A DNA stretch of 64,000 nt from Eubacteriales bacterium (GTDB taxonomy: Bacteria; Bacillota; Clostridia; Oscillospirales; CAG-272): contig JAZRDN010000030.1 of NCBI GenBank assembly GCA_045660295.1, positions 6,577-70,576 of the forward strand, in the 5' to 3' direction. Made by a program: the position numbers and the translations under genes. Below the pieces are notes generated by a model. The model saw only the letters and a program-made list of their open reading frames with translations. It searched no databases and was not told the DNA's origin. Shown here in pieces: positions 39,155 through 48,364 of the stretch. The first letter of the stretch is position 1. Each line of letters begins with the position of its first letter.

Positions 39155-39183
39155 ATTATACCAATATATGCGAAATTTGTCAA
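39155..39183 (-). promoter_or_regulatory. Sigma-A consensus promoter driving the lysine-riboswitch leader
   Basis: On the minus strand the promoter reads TTGACA, 17 nt, TATAAT. It ends about 12 nt upstream of the aptamer P1. Confidence 0.65.
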
Positions 39184-39211
39184 TATATTTGGGCTAAATT
39201 ATCAATATTTT

Positions 39212-39247
39212 TGCAAAAAGAAAACAGGGCGGACGAACCGCTCTGTT
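39212..39247 (-). terminator. Terminator of the htpG operon
   Basis: The minus-strand hairpin is ACAGAGCGG-TTCGT-CCGCCCTGT (one mismatch), followed by TTTTCTTTTT, directly after the TSCPD gene stop. Confidence 0.55.
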
Positions 39248-39249
39248 TC

Positions 39250-39501
39250 TTACTGTTTATTATGCCCCTTCAGCGCCGCTGCCAACTGGTCGGGGCAGGA
39301 CGTAGGACGAAATCCGCAACGGATTCCCTCAAGGCGTGAAATAGCGTCATCTATTTTCATGCCTTTTACAAGTGCGCAAATTCCTTGAGTATTACCTGAG
39401 CATCCGCCCATAAATTTGCAGGACACTATAACGCCGTCATCTACCTCTATTTCTATCTGTCTTGAACAAACGCCCTTGGGCGAATAAACTATCTTTTCCA
39501 T
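39250..39501 (-). CDS. TSCPD-domain protein (TIGR03905-like)
   Basis: 83 aa containing GGCSGNTQGI and RPTSCPDQLA. Confidence 0.75.
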   Translation of the reverse strand: MEKIVYSPKGVCSRQIEIEVDDGVIVSCKFMGGCSGNTQGICALVKGMKIDDAISRLEGIRCGFRPTSCPDQLAAALKGHNKQ

Positions 39502-39511
39502 TGTTTTCTCC

Positions 39512-40378
39512 TTAAATTTCGCTATATAGACCTATAAAGTCAATTTCACCTAAAAATATATACATATACAACCACGTCTCGTAAACCGAATCGCTATCAA
39601 TGGTAATATTGATATAATTGGCGTACTCTGTATTGTTGTAAAGGAAGGGAACCGAGGTTATCTCCCCAATCTCCCCGCCTATATGTTCAACCATTGAAAC
39701 TACGTCAACGATTGCTCTGTTTGTGGCGAACTCTATGGTCTTTTTCTTTTTTACATCGGTATTTGCAAGATGCTTTCCGACCAAGGCGAATTTTGTAAAG
39801 CCCTCTCCGTCGGGGTTTTCCACCTTACACACAGCAGAAATTTTCAAATCGTATTTGTCAATGAGACGGTAAAAAGACATCAAGCGACCGTCGTTTGAGT
39901 TGATTATAGGAATTATTCCAAGCGTATTTCCGTCATCTGTGCTTTCGCAAACCGCGGTAAAGCTATCAACAGGAATCTCTCGGAAATTTTTTAATCTTTC
40001 CCCAAACCTCAAAAGAGCCTCTTTAGCGTAACTGTTTGAATACCAATATGCTATTCCTGAGAAATCGCGCTTTTGCAATTCTTCTATGTCAACTCCCAAA
40101 CTGTGTTTAAAGCGCGCCGCAAGCTGCTTACATATCAGGAGCTGTTCACGCGCTATTTCAAACTTGGATATTCCAGCGTGCCGCTTTTGGCGTTGGTCTT
40201 GTAAAAACCCATATTTATGGTTTATCTCATTTTTGATATCCGATATTGAGCGATGCTCAAGGTCGGTGTCAAATATAAAGTCAAGCAGCAATAAATCTAT
40301 CTCCGCCGAGCTTCTCTGGGCATCGGCGGAGCATTCGATTATATTTTGTATTATAATATCGTCCCTTGGCGAGCTCAT
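39512..40378 (-). CDS. Degenerate prephenate-dehydratase/ACT-like protein, function unknown
   Basis: The middle region IPVDSFTAVCESTDDGNTLGIIPIINSNDGRLMSFYRLIDKYDLKISAV resembles the first lobe of PDT domains, and FTKFALVGK resembles the TRF motif. The ACT-like C-terminus ends in FIGLYSEI. The start overlaps the htpG stop as ATGA. Confidence 0.5.
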   Translation of the reverse strand: MSSPRDDIIIQNIIECSADAQRSSAEIDLLLLDFIFDTDLEHRSISDIKNEINHKYGFLQDQRQKRHAGISKFEIAREQLLICKQLAARFKHSLGVDIEELQKRDFSGIAYWYSNSYAKEALLRFGERLKNFREIPVDSFTAVCESTDDGNTLGIIPIINSNDGRLMSFYRLIDKYDLKISAVCKVENPDGEGFTKFALVGKHLANTDVKKKKTIEFATNRAIVDVVSMVEHIGGEIGEITSVPFLYNNTEYANYINITIDSDSVYETWLYMYIFLGEIDFIGLYSEI

Positions 40379-42219
40379 ATCTTATTAAGAATTTTAAAGC
40401 TATCGGCGAGGAAAGACTGCATTTCTTCAGCAGACAGCTTTCTCTGCGAAAGCACCGAGAGCTTATAGATATAAGAAGCCATTTGCTCAGCGGTCTCCTT
40501 ATCGGAAATTACCAGCGTTCCAAGCTTGGATATAAGCGGCGAAGCATTGTTTACGACAAGAGTCGCTCCGTTATCCATGCCCATCATAGGCGCGTTACCG
40601 CCATACATACGCATCATATCTTCAAAGCGTCTTGCTTCCTCGGAAATATTGAGTATAGCAGGAATTTCGGAAGCCTTAAGAGCCTCAAATTTCACCTCAA
40701 GCTGCTCATTTCTGCTGACCTTCTTGAAAAGCTCCGCGATATCCGTGTTTTCGGTAATATCTCCATCGCCCTTAAGTGCTGCAGCAACATCAGCGTCCAC
40801 GCGCACAAACTTGACATTTTCAAGATACTGCTCCAGCATCGAGATAAACTGGGTGTCAAGCTGGTGGTCAAAACAAACTACTTTTATATTTTGTGCCTCA
40901 AAAAGCGAAATATACTGAGCCTGAAGTGCTTTGTCGGTAGTGTAATAAACAGTGTTTTCGTTGGTTTCCTTTGCGGCTTCAAGATACTCGTTTACCGAAA
41001 CGTGCTTGTCATCGGTAAGCTTGAGGAGTAGAGAATCCTTTACTCTATCATAGAATTTTTTGTCACGCAGACAAGCGTATTCTACAAATATCTTAATGTC
41101 TTCCCACACCTTTTCAAAGGTCTCGCGGTCAGTATTGTAAAGTGAATTAAGCTTGTCCGCAACCTTCTTGATTATGTGAGCCGACACCTTGGAAACGTAT
41201 GTGTTAGTCTGAAGATAGCTTCTGGATACGTTAAGCGGAAGCTCGGGACAGTCAAGCACGCCCTTAAGCATTATCATGTAGTCGGGTATAACTTCCTTGA
41301 TGTTGTCGGAAACGAACACCTGATTGTAATAGAGCTTTACCTGACCCTCGAGCGACTCATACTCGTTAGCGATTCTCGGGAAGAAAAGGATTCCCTTGAA
41401 ATTGAGCGGATAATCGGCATTGATATGAATGTAGAAAAGCGGATCCTTGAAATCGTGGAACACCTTTTTGTAGAAATCATTGTATTCCTCGGGTGTGCAC
41501 TCGGATGCGGACTTGAGCCACAGAGGAGTTGTTTCGTTGATAGGCTTTTCCGCTGTCTCGTCCGACTTTTCTTCGGCGGTTTCTTTTACTTCCTTGAAGA
41601 ATATTTCCACGGGCATAAAAGAACAATATTTATCAAGCATTTCCTTAAGCTTGGAGGCGTTAAGATACTCCTCGCCCTCGTCGGAAACGTGCATTACCAC
41701 AGATGTTCCGTGCTCCCGGCAATCACAGGCTTCTATTTCATATTCACCGATATCGTTACAGGTCCAATGAACCGCGGGCGCCGTTGTGTAAGATTTTGTA
41801 AATATCTCAACGGTATCGCTTATCATGAATGCCGAATAAAACCCGAGACCGAAATGACCTATAATTCCGTCGGCGGAGTTGTTTTCGCCCTCATATTTTT
41901 CGATAAACTCAAGCGCGCCAGAGAGAGCTATCTGGCAGATATATCTCTCAAGCTCATCCTCGCTCATACCTATACCGTTGTCGCGAACAGTGATAGTTTT
42001 TTCATCAGTATCAAGAATTACGTCTATTTTGTATGTTTCGTCGGGGAGTGATATCTGACCGAGGGACTGCAACCTCTTAAGCTTGGTCACCGCATCGGTA
42101 GCGTTTGAAACGATCTCGCGCAGAAAGATATCCTTTTCCGAATAAAGCCATCTTTTAATTACAGGGAATATATTGGCGGTTTCAACCGAAATTCCGCCTT
42201 TTTTTATCTGGTCACTCAT
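40375..42219 (-). CDS. htpG: Molecular chaperone HtpG (Hsp90)
   Basis: The GHKL N-domain motifs EIFLREIVSNATDA and GHFGLGFYSAFM are present in a 614-aa protein. Confidence 0.95.
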   Translation of the reverse strand: MSDQIKKGGISVETANIFPVIKRWLYSEKDIFLREIVSNATDAVTKLKRLQSLGQISLPDETYKIDVILDTDEKTITVRDNGIGMSEDELERYICQIALSGALEFIEKYEGENNSADGIIGHFGLGFYSAFMISDTVEIFTKSYTTAPAVHWTCNDIGEYEIEACDCREHGTSVVMHVSDEGEEYLNASKLKEMLDKYCSFMPVEIFFKEVKETAEEKSDETAEKPINETTPLWLKSASECTPEEYNDFYKKVFHDFKDPLFYIHINADYPLNFKGILFFPRIANEYESLEGQVKLYYNQVFVSDNIKEVIPDYMIMLKGVLDCPELPLNVSRSYLQTNTYVSKVSAHIIKKVADKLNSLYNTDRETFEKVWEDIKIFVEYACLRDKKFYDRVKDSLLLKLTDDKHVSVNEYLEAAKETNENTVYYTTDKALQAQYISLFEAQNIKVVCFDHQLDTQFISMLEQYLENVKFVRVDADVAAALKGDGDITENTDIAELFKKVSRNEQLEVKFEALKASEIPAILNISEEARRFEDMMRMYGGNAPMMGMDNGATLVVNNASPLISKLGTLVISDKETAEQMASYIYKLSVLSQRKLSAEEMQSFLADSFKILNKI

Positions 42220-42230
42220 TTTTGCCTCCG

Positions 42231-43640
42231 TTATATTTGGTCGTTGTCACCATTCTGATCCGACGCATCGCTGTCTGAATCGATTTTTATAATCTCAATT
42301 TCGCTTTCATCCGGCTTGTTTGATTTTTTGTTTCTCTTTTTGCTTTTGAAAAACTTAACCAGTTTATGCTCGCCGTCCACAATAAACCTTCCGAGAACAC
42401 GGTATACTCTCGCGGAAATCGGCTCGGGGATGCGTCTGGGGTCAACGATAGAATTTTCGCTGTAATAATCCGCCAAATCGGTGGTAAGCTCTTTCTTTTT
42501 CAATCTCTTGTCAACAAAGCTCATAACCAGCGAATAGAAAATAGCAAATATCGGAACACCGAAGAACATACCGATAATGCCGAAATATCCGCTCATTATC
42601 ATAATGGCTACGATAACGCCAAGTGAAGAAAGCCCCGTGCGGTCGCCAACGATTTTGGGTTCAACAACGTTGGCATCAAACTGCTGAATAAGAAGTGTAA
42701 GAATTACGAAAATAATAAATTTTCCGGGATTTGCGATCAAAATAATCAGTCCCGATGGGATAGCACCGATAAAAGGACCGAAGAAGGGAATAATGTTACA
42801 TACACCGATAACAACGGCAATAAGAATGGCATAAGGGATTTTCGCAATGCTGAAAGCTATCGAGCATGTAAATATCATAAATGTTGCGTCTATAAGTTTT
42901 CCGATTACAAAGCCGCCGAATGTCTTGTCGGCGAATCTGCACCAATCAAGAATAGAGTCGCATTTTTTCTTAGAAAATATCGCCGAAATAATCTTCTTGG
43001 ACTGTGCGTAAAGGTTTTCTTTGCCGATAACAAAGTAGATTGAAAGCAACAATCCGAAGAAAATATTCTTAACACCGGTAAATATCTTTGAAGCATATGA
43101 GACAATGATATTTAACCCCTGTTGAAGTATATCCTCGGAACTTACGAAGAAGTTTGTAATGACGTTGTTTATTTTGTCAACATCGATAAACTCAAAGTTC
43201 TCCTCGCCCTGAACGAACATATTGTTAAGGAAATCGTTTATTGTATCCAACGCGTAATTCATATACGTTCCGTCGGTCATCTTACGAACCAGATCCTCCA
43301 CGCTGGAAATAAGCTGAGGAACGATCATAAAAGCAATAATAATTATTAACGCAAGAAGCAGAAGATACGCGCAAAGAATTGACAGTCCGCGTTTTACCAC
43401 GTTATTCTTTATTCTTTTAAGTACCACCTTCTGAAAGAGTTTCACAAGCGGCGTGCAAAGATATGCTATTATAGCTCCGAGAACTATCGGTGTAAATACA
43501 TCAAGTTTATCGTTAAGCCAAGTGGTAAAGGCGGTGAATTTCTCAAAATTCATCATTATAATGGCAAGCAAGAGTATAACGGCGTATACAAAAAACGATA
43601 TTGCCAAAACCTTTTTCTTTTTTTCGTCAAATCCAAACAT
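42231..43640 (-). CDS. AI-2E (PerM) family transporter with acidic C-terminal tail
   Basis: The protein has multiple TM helices and the motif IIPFFGPFIGAIPSGLIIL. The start is uncertain: either ATG at 43640 (MFGFDEKKKK) or GTG at 43697. Confidence 0.7.
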   Translation of the reverse strand: MFGFDEKKKKVLAISFFVYAVILLLAIIMMNFEKFTAFTTWLNDKLDVFTPIVLGAIIAYLCTPLVKLFQKVVLKRIKNNVVKRGLSILCAYLLLLALIIIIAFMIVPQLISSVEDLVRKMTDGTYMNYALDTINDFLNNMFVQGEENFEFIDVDKINNVITNFFVSSEDILQQGLNIIVSYASKIFTGVKNIFFGLLLSIYFVIGKENLYAQSKKIISAIFSKKKCDSILDWCRFADKTFGGFVIGKLIDATFMIFTCSIAFSIAKIPYAILIAVVIGVCNIIPFFGPFIGAIPSGLIILIANPGKFIIFVILTLLIQQFDANVVEPKIVGDRTGLSSLGVIVAIMIMSGYFGIIGMFFGVPIFAIFYSLVMSFVDKRLKKKELTTDLADYYSENSIVDPRRIPEPISARVYRVLGRFIVDGEHKLVKFFKSKKRNKKSNKPDESEIEIIKIDSDSDASDQNGDNDQI

Positions 43641-43850
43641 TTTGTTACCGGTGTTGAGTTCAACAGATCCTTTCCTCGGTGATACGTATATAAACACTTA
43701 ATAAAGTTTATTTACTTGTATATATTATATATCTTTTTTCGCAAATAGTCAATAAGTTATGGCACAAGAAAAAAATTTTTTACAATATAGTTTATTTTTC
43801 ATAAAATTTGTGATACAATTATAGTATCAAACTTTCAAAGGAGACATTTT

Positions 43851-44726
43851 ATGACCGAAAAGAAAGCCTATGCGAAAATAAATCTTTTTCTTGATATAGA
43901 ATCCCGCCGCACTGACGGCTATCACAACATAAAGAGTATAATGCAGACCGTTGACTGGTATGACGTAATAAAGGTAGAGAAAACTCAAAGCGACGGAATT
44001 AAGATAACATCGGATGATAAAAGTATTCCAACAGACTCGTCAAACATAGTTTACAGAGTCGCAAAAGCTTTTCTGTGTGAACTTGACTGTCATGACGGAA
44101 TTGCCATAGATATTCAAAAAAACATCCCTGTATCGGCAGGAATGGCAGGCGGAAGCGCTGACGGCGCGGCAACTCTTGAGGCACTCAACGAGCTTTTTGA
44201 TTATCCTTTTTCTACTGAAGAGCTTATTGATATAGGCAAGAATATCGGTGCTGACATTCCTTTCTGCCTTGTTGGCGGCACAAAGATCATAAGCGGAATA
44301 GGCGAAATAATAGAACATTGTGCCGATATGCCCGAATGCTTCATAGTTTGCGCCAAGCAAGGCGATAGCGGCGTAGCTACTCCTCAGGCGTATAAAGATC
44401 TTGACGATAAGTACGACGGCTTCTGGGACTATAAATACAACAAGACAAAGCTCGACGCTATGGTTGCGGCTATTGAACGCAAAGATATAAAGGGAGTCTG
44501 CAAAAACGCATTTAATATTTTTGAGGAAGTAATAGAAAAAGAGCACATGTCGGTGAATAAGCTGAAAAACACAATGAAATCGGGCGATGCGGAGCTTACC
44601 ATGATGAGCGGAAGCGGACCCTCTGTTTTTGGAATTTTTTACGACATCAAAAAAGCCGAAAAAACGCTAAGCGCACTTCTGAAAGGCGGCGCAAAAGCTA
44701 AAATTTGCAAACCGATAAGTAAATAA
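43851..44726 (+). CDS. ispE: 4-diphosphocytidyl-2-C-methyl-D-erythritol kinase
   Basis: The N-terminus AYAKINLFLDI and the GHMP kinase motif PVSAGMAGGSADGAA are present. Confidence 0.9.
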   Translation: MTEKKAYAKINLFLDIESRRTDGYHNIKSIMQTVDWYDVIKVEKTQSDGIKITSDDKSIPTDSSNIVYRVAKAFLCELDCHDGIAIDIQKNIPVSAGMAGGSADGAATLEALNELFDYPFSTEELIDIGKNIGADIPFCLVGGTKIISGIGEIIEHCADMPECFIVCAKQGDSGVATPQAYKDLDDKYDGFWDYKYNKTKLDAMVAAIERKDIKGVCKNAFNIFEEVIEKEHMSVNKLKNTMKSGDAELTMMSGSGPSVFGIFYDIKKAEKTLSALLKGGAKAKICKPISK

Positions 44727-44751
44727 GGGGCGAATGCCCCTTATTTGTTTC

Positions 44752-45222
44752 CTATTTTTTGATGGCTTCAAAAGCGGATTGAGATTCTTGCGGATCAATG
44801 ATAGTATATATTAAATAATTTCCAAATCGCTCGGACCTTGCGCCCGTAAATTTTGGATATTCACTCACATCATAAATTATACCGTTTTCAAATTCTTTTT
44901 TTGCGGTACTTAAATAGCTATCAATAATCGCCAAGCCCTTTTTAGCATCTTTAGCTGTCACAAATTTAAAAACGCCGAACTCATTAAAATTGGAACTTTC
45001 GTTACAGGTATATATTTTTCCTTCTTCAACGCCTACAAGCTCGCTGAAATAATTTTTAAGATAATATTCACTCACGTCGCAATATCCGAACTCTACAGGG
45101 GCATTTTCAATAATATCATTTACTATTTCATCGGTTTCCAAAAAAGAATAATCTACACTCTCACCGGAGCAGGACACGAGAACCATACAGGCTAAAAAAA
45201 CAATTATAAGCGTTTTTTTCAT
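44752..45222 (-). CDS. Lipoprotein of unknown function (DUF4358-like)
   Basis: The signal and lipobox sequence is MKKTLIIVFLACMVLVSC|SG. It is the last gene of a three-gene minus-strand operon. Confidence 0.55.
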   Translation of the reverse strand: MKKTLIIVFLACMVLVSCSGESVDYSFLETDEIVNDIIENAPVEFGYCDVSEYYLKNYFSELVGVEEGKIYTCNESSNFNEFGVFKFVTAKDAKKGLAIIDSYLSTAKKEFENGIIYDVSEYPKFTGARSERFGNYLIYTIIDPQESQSAFEAIKK

Positions 45223-45224
45223 AT

Positions 45225-46046
45225 TTATCCCCCGTAGCCGTGTGTTTTTATATAATCTATCACGGCTGTCAAGCCTAAGCGGTTAAGGTGTATTCCGTCG
45301 CCGCCGTTATCATATTCGGGAAGCAAATATCCCTCGTCGTTTTTTAACACTTCAGCAGTGTTCAGAAATTTAATGTCATATTCTTGGGCGATTTCATATA
45401 TCCAGCCGTTACACTCATCAATGCGTCTTGGCGTATAAGCGTTTATCTGACAGCTTTGGGAAACGGGAAAAAGCGATTGCAAAATAATCTTTGTATTTCC
45501 ATAGCTATCGTTTATGGAGTTGAGAAGCATTCGATAGCATTGCTTGAATTCATATTCGTTATAGTATGAAACGCCATTGTTAAGCCCCAAGGTTATTATC
45601 ATATATTCGGGCTTTTTCTGCCCAACCGCCTGTGCTACCGTAAGAGCTTCTCCCGTATCGGGGTAGTATATTTTGGCTTGCGCTATTGACGGAGACAGCG
45701 AAAGTGTACCTGCCGAAACCGTTTTTCCACCTGACATCATCGCGCCCGTCCACACTTGGCGTGTGTCAGTACCGCCCGACAGTACCCCATATCGCTGAAG
45801 CCCATAGGTAGTGGATTCTCCAAGGAAAATAATTTTATCAATATATTCCTGACCGTAATCCTCGGTCGCTCTCAGCATGTTTCCGTTGTCGTCAGCCAAA
45901 GCATCTACGCTTGGCGTGTCTGTTTCCTTGATATAATAATCCCCATTGTCAAAAAGCGGAAACATTATAAACAGAGCTACAAGCAGGGCAAACAGCGCTA
46001 ACAAAACAAAAAAAGAAATAATAAAGGAATTTAGCTTCTTTTCCAT
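45225..46046 (-). CDS. Membrane-anchored SGNH/GDSL-like hydrolase
   Basis: It has an N-terminal TM helix and SGNH blocks FLGESTTYG, ITLGLNNG and GDGIHLN. Confidence 0.7.
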   Translation of the reverse strand: MEKKLNSFIISFFVLLALFALLVALFIMFPLFDNGDYYIKETDTPSVDALADDNGNMLRATEDYGQEYIDKIIFLGESTTYGLQRYGVLSGGTDTRQVWTGAMMSGGKTVSAGTLSLSPSIAQAKIYYPDTGEALTVAQAVGQKKPEYMIITLGLNNGVSYYNEYEFKQCYRMLLNSINDSYGNTKIILQSLFPVSQSCQINAYTPRRIDECNGWIYEIAQEYDIKFLNTAEVLKNDEGYLLPEYDNGGDGIHLNRLGLTAVIDYIKTHGYGG

Positions 46047-46124
46047 ATCTCACCGTAATTCATTGGACTAAACATGCGGAAGCATATTCAACTTTATTAT
46101 TTCTTTTTTGTTGTTACATATACT

Positions 46125-46541
46125 TTAGAATACGTTTTTGTATTCGGATTTTTTCTCGTTCTTACGTTTCTTCTTCGCCGTTGCAGCCATGTAAAAGCCA
46201 ACGCAGACAGCATACAAAACAACGTAGAGCGAAAAAACTATCATCGCACTTCCCGAAGAAACCCCTGCGCCGTGAGGCAAATATATAAACAAAACCAACG
46301 CGAGAGTCACAAGCGTAAAATGAACGAACAGCTTTATCACTCCGCTTAAATTTGTGTGTTTGACAACATTATTCGCAAACGAAATAACAAGCGCGAGAGG
46401 GAACATAAGGAATACCGACACAGGATTCATACCCAAACCGCCATAAATGCAGATTACCAGCAAGGAATACAGAAGTATAATAGCCGAAAAAACATAACAT
46501 GCAGAGAGCAATGCTCTTTTAAACAATGTACTCAACGTCAT
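46125..46541 (-). CDS. Small integral membrane protein (about 4 TM helices)
   Basis: The 138-aa protein is strongly hydrophobic with a basic C-terminal tail. RBS AAAGGTG. Confidence 0.55.
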   Translation of the reverse strand: MTLSTLFKRALLSACYVFSAIILLYSLLVICIYGGLGMNPVSVFLMFPLALVISFANNVVKHTNLSGVIKLFVHFTLVTLALVLFIYLPHGAGVSSGSAMIVFSLYVVLYAVCVGFYMAATAKKKRKNEKKSEYKNVF

Positions 46542-46679
46542 TATAAAACACCTTTCAAAAACGATTTACCTGTACATTTTATCATAAAAACGCATTTATT
46601 TCAAGTGGCTGGAGAAAATATTCATCTTTTTTCCCCGAAAATGTTAAAAATTTTCAACTTACAAAAATTTAGCAAACCA

Positions 46680-46708
46680 TTGACAAGCGATAAGAGCGAT
46701 GATATAAT
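46680..46708 (+). promoter_or_regulatory. Sigma-A consensus promoter of the TerB/ATPase/helicase operon
   Basis: TTGACA, 17 nt, TATAAT (perfect consensus), 38 nt upstream of the ATG at 46747. RBS GAGGGGG. Confidence 0.6.
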
Positions 46709-46746
46709 AGAAAGATAAGAAGAATGATAATGAGAGGGGGATTTTT

Positions 46747-48354
46747 ATGAAAAACAAGAACGATCTTGACACTTTTTGGGATTTGAGTGAACTTATACCG
46801 CCCCAAAAAGAAAATAAAAATCCTGTTCGAAAATCTATTTCAACTGTTGAAATGGTTGTCTCAGAACAACAAGAAAAAAGCACATCGGAAAACATAATAA
46901 GCCCTCAAATATTAAGTCGAGGACAAAAACGCGAATTGCCGCCTACCGTGGAATATGAAGGATTTTCTCATTTCATAAAAAAGGTCAAAATTCTCAATTG
47001 GAAAAGCGACTGTATATATTATGATCTTTTTGGTCGCCACGCGCTTTACTACAAAAAGCTCAAGCCTCACAAATGTGAGCCGGTACATTTCTTCTCCTAC
47101 ATGCCACAATATTCTCAAATGAACCAAAAACAGATGGATTGGTACGTTTGGTGGAGAGAACAGGTAAACAACGGTATATATCCCGATACCGACCATCCGT
47201 ATATACTTCTCTATGTCTTTGAGCTTATAAATCTGAGCACCGAGGAAAGTGCCGCAAGAGACCTTGATATCTTAATAAATCTCTGGGCGAACTATCATGA
47301 AATTTATCCTCAGCTCAATCAAACACTCGGAGAATGGATTTGTGATTTTTCTTTGATTTATAAAATACCTATCCGGTTTCCCGACAAGCGTTTGACCCAT
47401 GAGATGATAAGCCGTGTTACCATACCGGAAATATTTTACTCTTTTGATTTTTCCGACACCGGGTTACTGGCTAAATTTTTATTATCCTACTGTAATTCAT
47501 ACAACTACCGAAGGAGCAAATTTTACGATAACACAACCGCTCCGTTATACGAGAAACATATATTAGCCGCTTTCGAAGCGGTTATGAAAAAAATCGAACT
47601 CGGCTCAAAAATCTTTACCGAATCTGTAAAAAGCAGCTCAAAAATCGCTTTTATGGGAGCGCTTTGTTCGTCGCCCAAGACTAAAAAGAGGATAGAAATA
47701 AGCTATGCTTCTATTGCTCTTGAAACCGATCTTCGCGTGTATATTTCCGATATTATCAAATATTCCGAAAACAGAATAAGGAATGTTGTCGGAATTCGTT
47801 CGAGACTTAACGTAAAGCACATGGACAACGAGGCAAAATCTATCTTGGACAACTATTTTTCATCAGTTTTCGGCAAAAGCTCCGAAAGCACGTTAGTTCC
47901 CGAATACGAAAAGCTTTACGATTCAAAAGCCGAGCCGTTTTCAATCGAAACCGCAAAAACGATAGAACAACGCTCATGGGATGTCACGCAAAAGTTGGTC
48001 GAGGCATTTGAGGAATACGTGGAGACAGAAGAAATACCGGAGGAGGTTTCCTCGGTGTCGATCAGTGCTACGTTGCCCGCAGATAATGCCACGCAAACAG
48101 CGACCGAAAGCGCGTCTGACGGAGCTTCAAGCTTTTACAAGGCGATTTCCAAATATTCCGAATTGTTTGAGCTTATAAAAAACGAAAAATATCCTGAGCA
48201 GATCAACTATATCAAATCAAACAAGCTTATATTTGAAGCCGTTGCGGATGAAATAAACGAGGCGGCCGCCGAGATATTCGGAGATATCCTGATTGAGGAA
48301 TCGGATATCGGATACAAAATAATTGACGATTACAAAGATATTATTATGGAATAA
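46747..48354 (+). CDS. TerB-N / TerB-C domain protein (Shango SngA-like)
   Basis: Residues ~113-165, HFFSYMPQYSQMNQKQMDWYVWWREQVNNGIYPDTDHPYILLYVFELINL, fit my memory of the TerB-N signature. The C-terminal LIFEAVADEINEAAAEIFGDILIEESDIGYKIIDDY fits TerB-C. An acidic linker lies between them. Confidence 0.75.
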   Translation: MKNKNDLDTFWDLSELIPPQKENKNPVRKSISTVEMVVSEQQEKSTSENIISPQILSRGQKRELPPTVEYEGFSHFIKKVKILNWKSDCIYYDLFGRHALYYKKLKPHKCEPVHFFSYMPQYSQMNQKQMDWYVWWREQVNNGIYPDTDHPYILLYVFELINLSTEESAARDLDILINLWANYHEIYPQLNQTLGEWICDFSLIYKIPIRFPDKRLTHEMISRVTIPEIFYSFDFSDTGLLAKFLLSYCNSYNYRRSKFYDNTTAPLYEKHILAAFEAVMKKIELGSKIFTESVKSSSKIAFMGALCSSPKTKKRIEISYASIALETDLRVYISDIIKYSENRIRNVVGIRSRLNVKHMDNEAKSILDNYFSSVFGKSSESTLVPEYEKLYDSKAEPFSIETAKTIEQRSWDVTQKLVEAFEEYVETEEIPEEVSSVSISATLPADNATQTATESASDGASSFYKAISKYSELFELIKNEKYPEQINYIKSNKLIFEAVADEINEAAAEIFGDILIEESDIGYKIIDDYKDIIME

Positions 48355-48364
48355 GGAAAAAATT

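Noticed and set aside
38968-39388. Small ORFs (71-115 aa, both strands) between the transporter and the TSCPD gene.
   Set aside because: The region is explained by the lysine-riboswitch leader, its promoter and the htpG-operon terminator. The ORFs have no RBS.
40366-42051. Two long + strand ORFs (40366-41031 and 41176-42051) opposite htpG.
   Set aside because: They are antisense to an Hsp90 gene with complete GHKL motifs, and neither has an RBS or any motif.
46356-46718. A 120-aa + strand ORF just upstream of the TerB gene, considered as a possible fourth gene of the defence-like cassette.
   Set aside because: It is antisense to a convincing 4-TM membrane ORF (46125-46541). It is highly basic and low-complexity. 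It also runs through the -35/-10 promoter of the cassette, so it cannot be part of that transcript.
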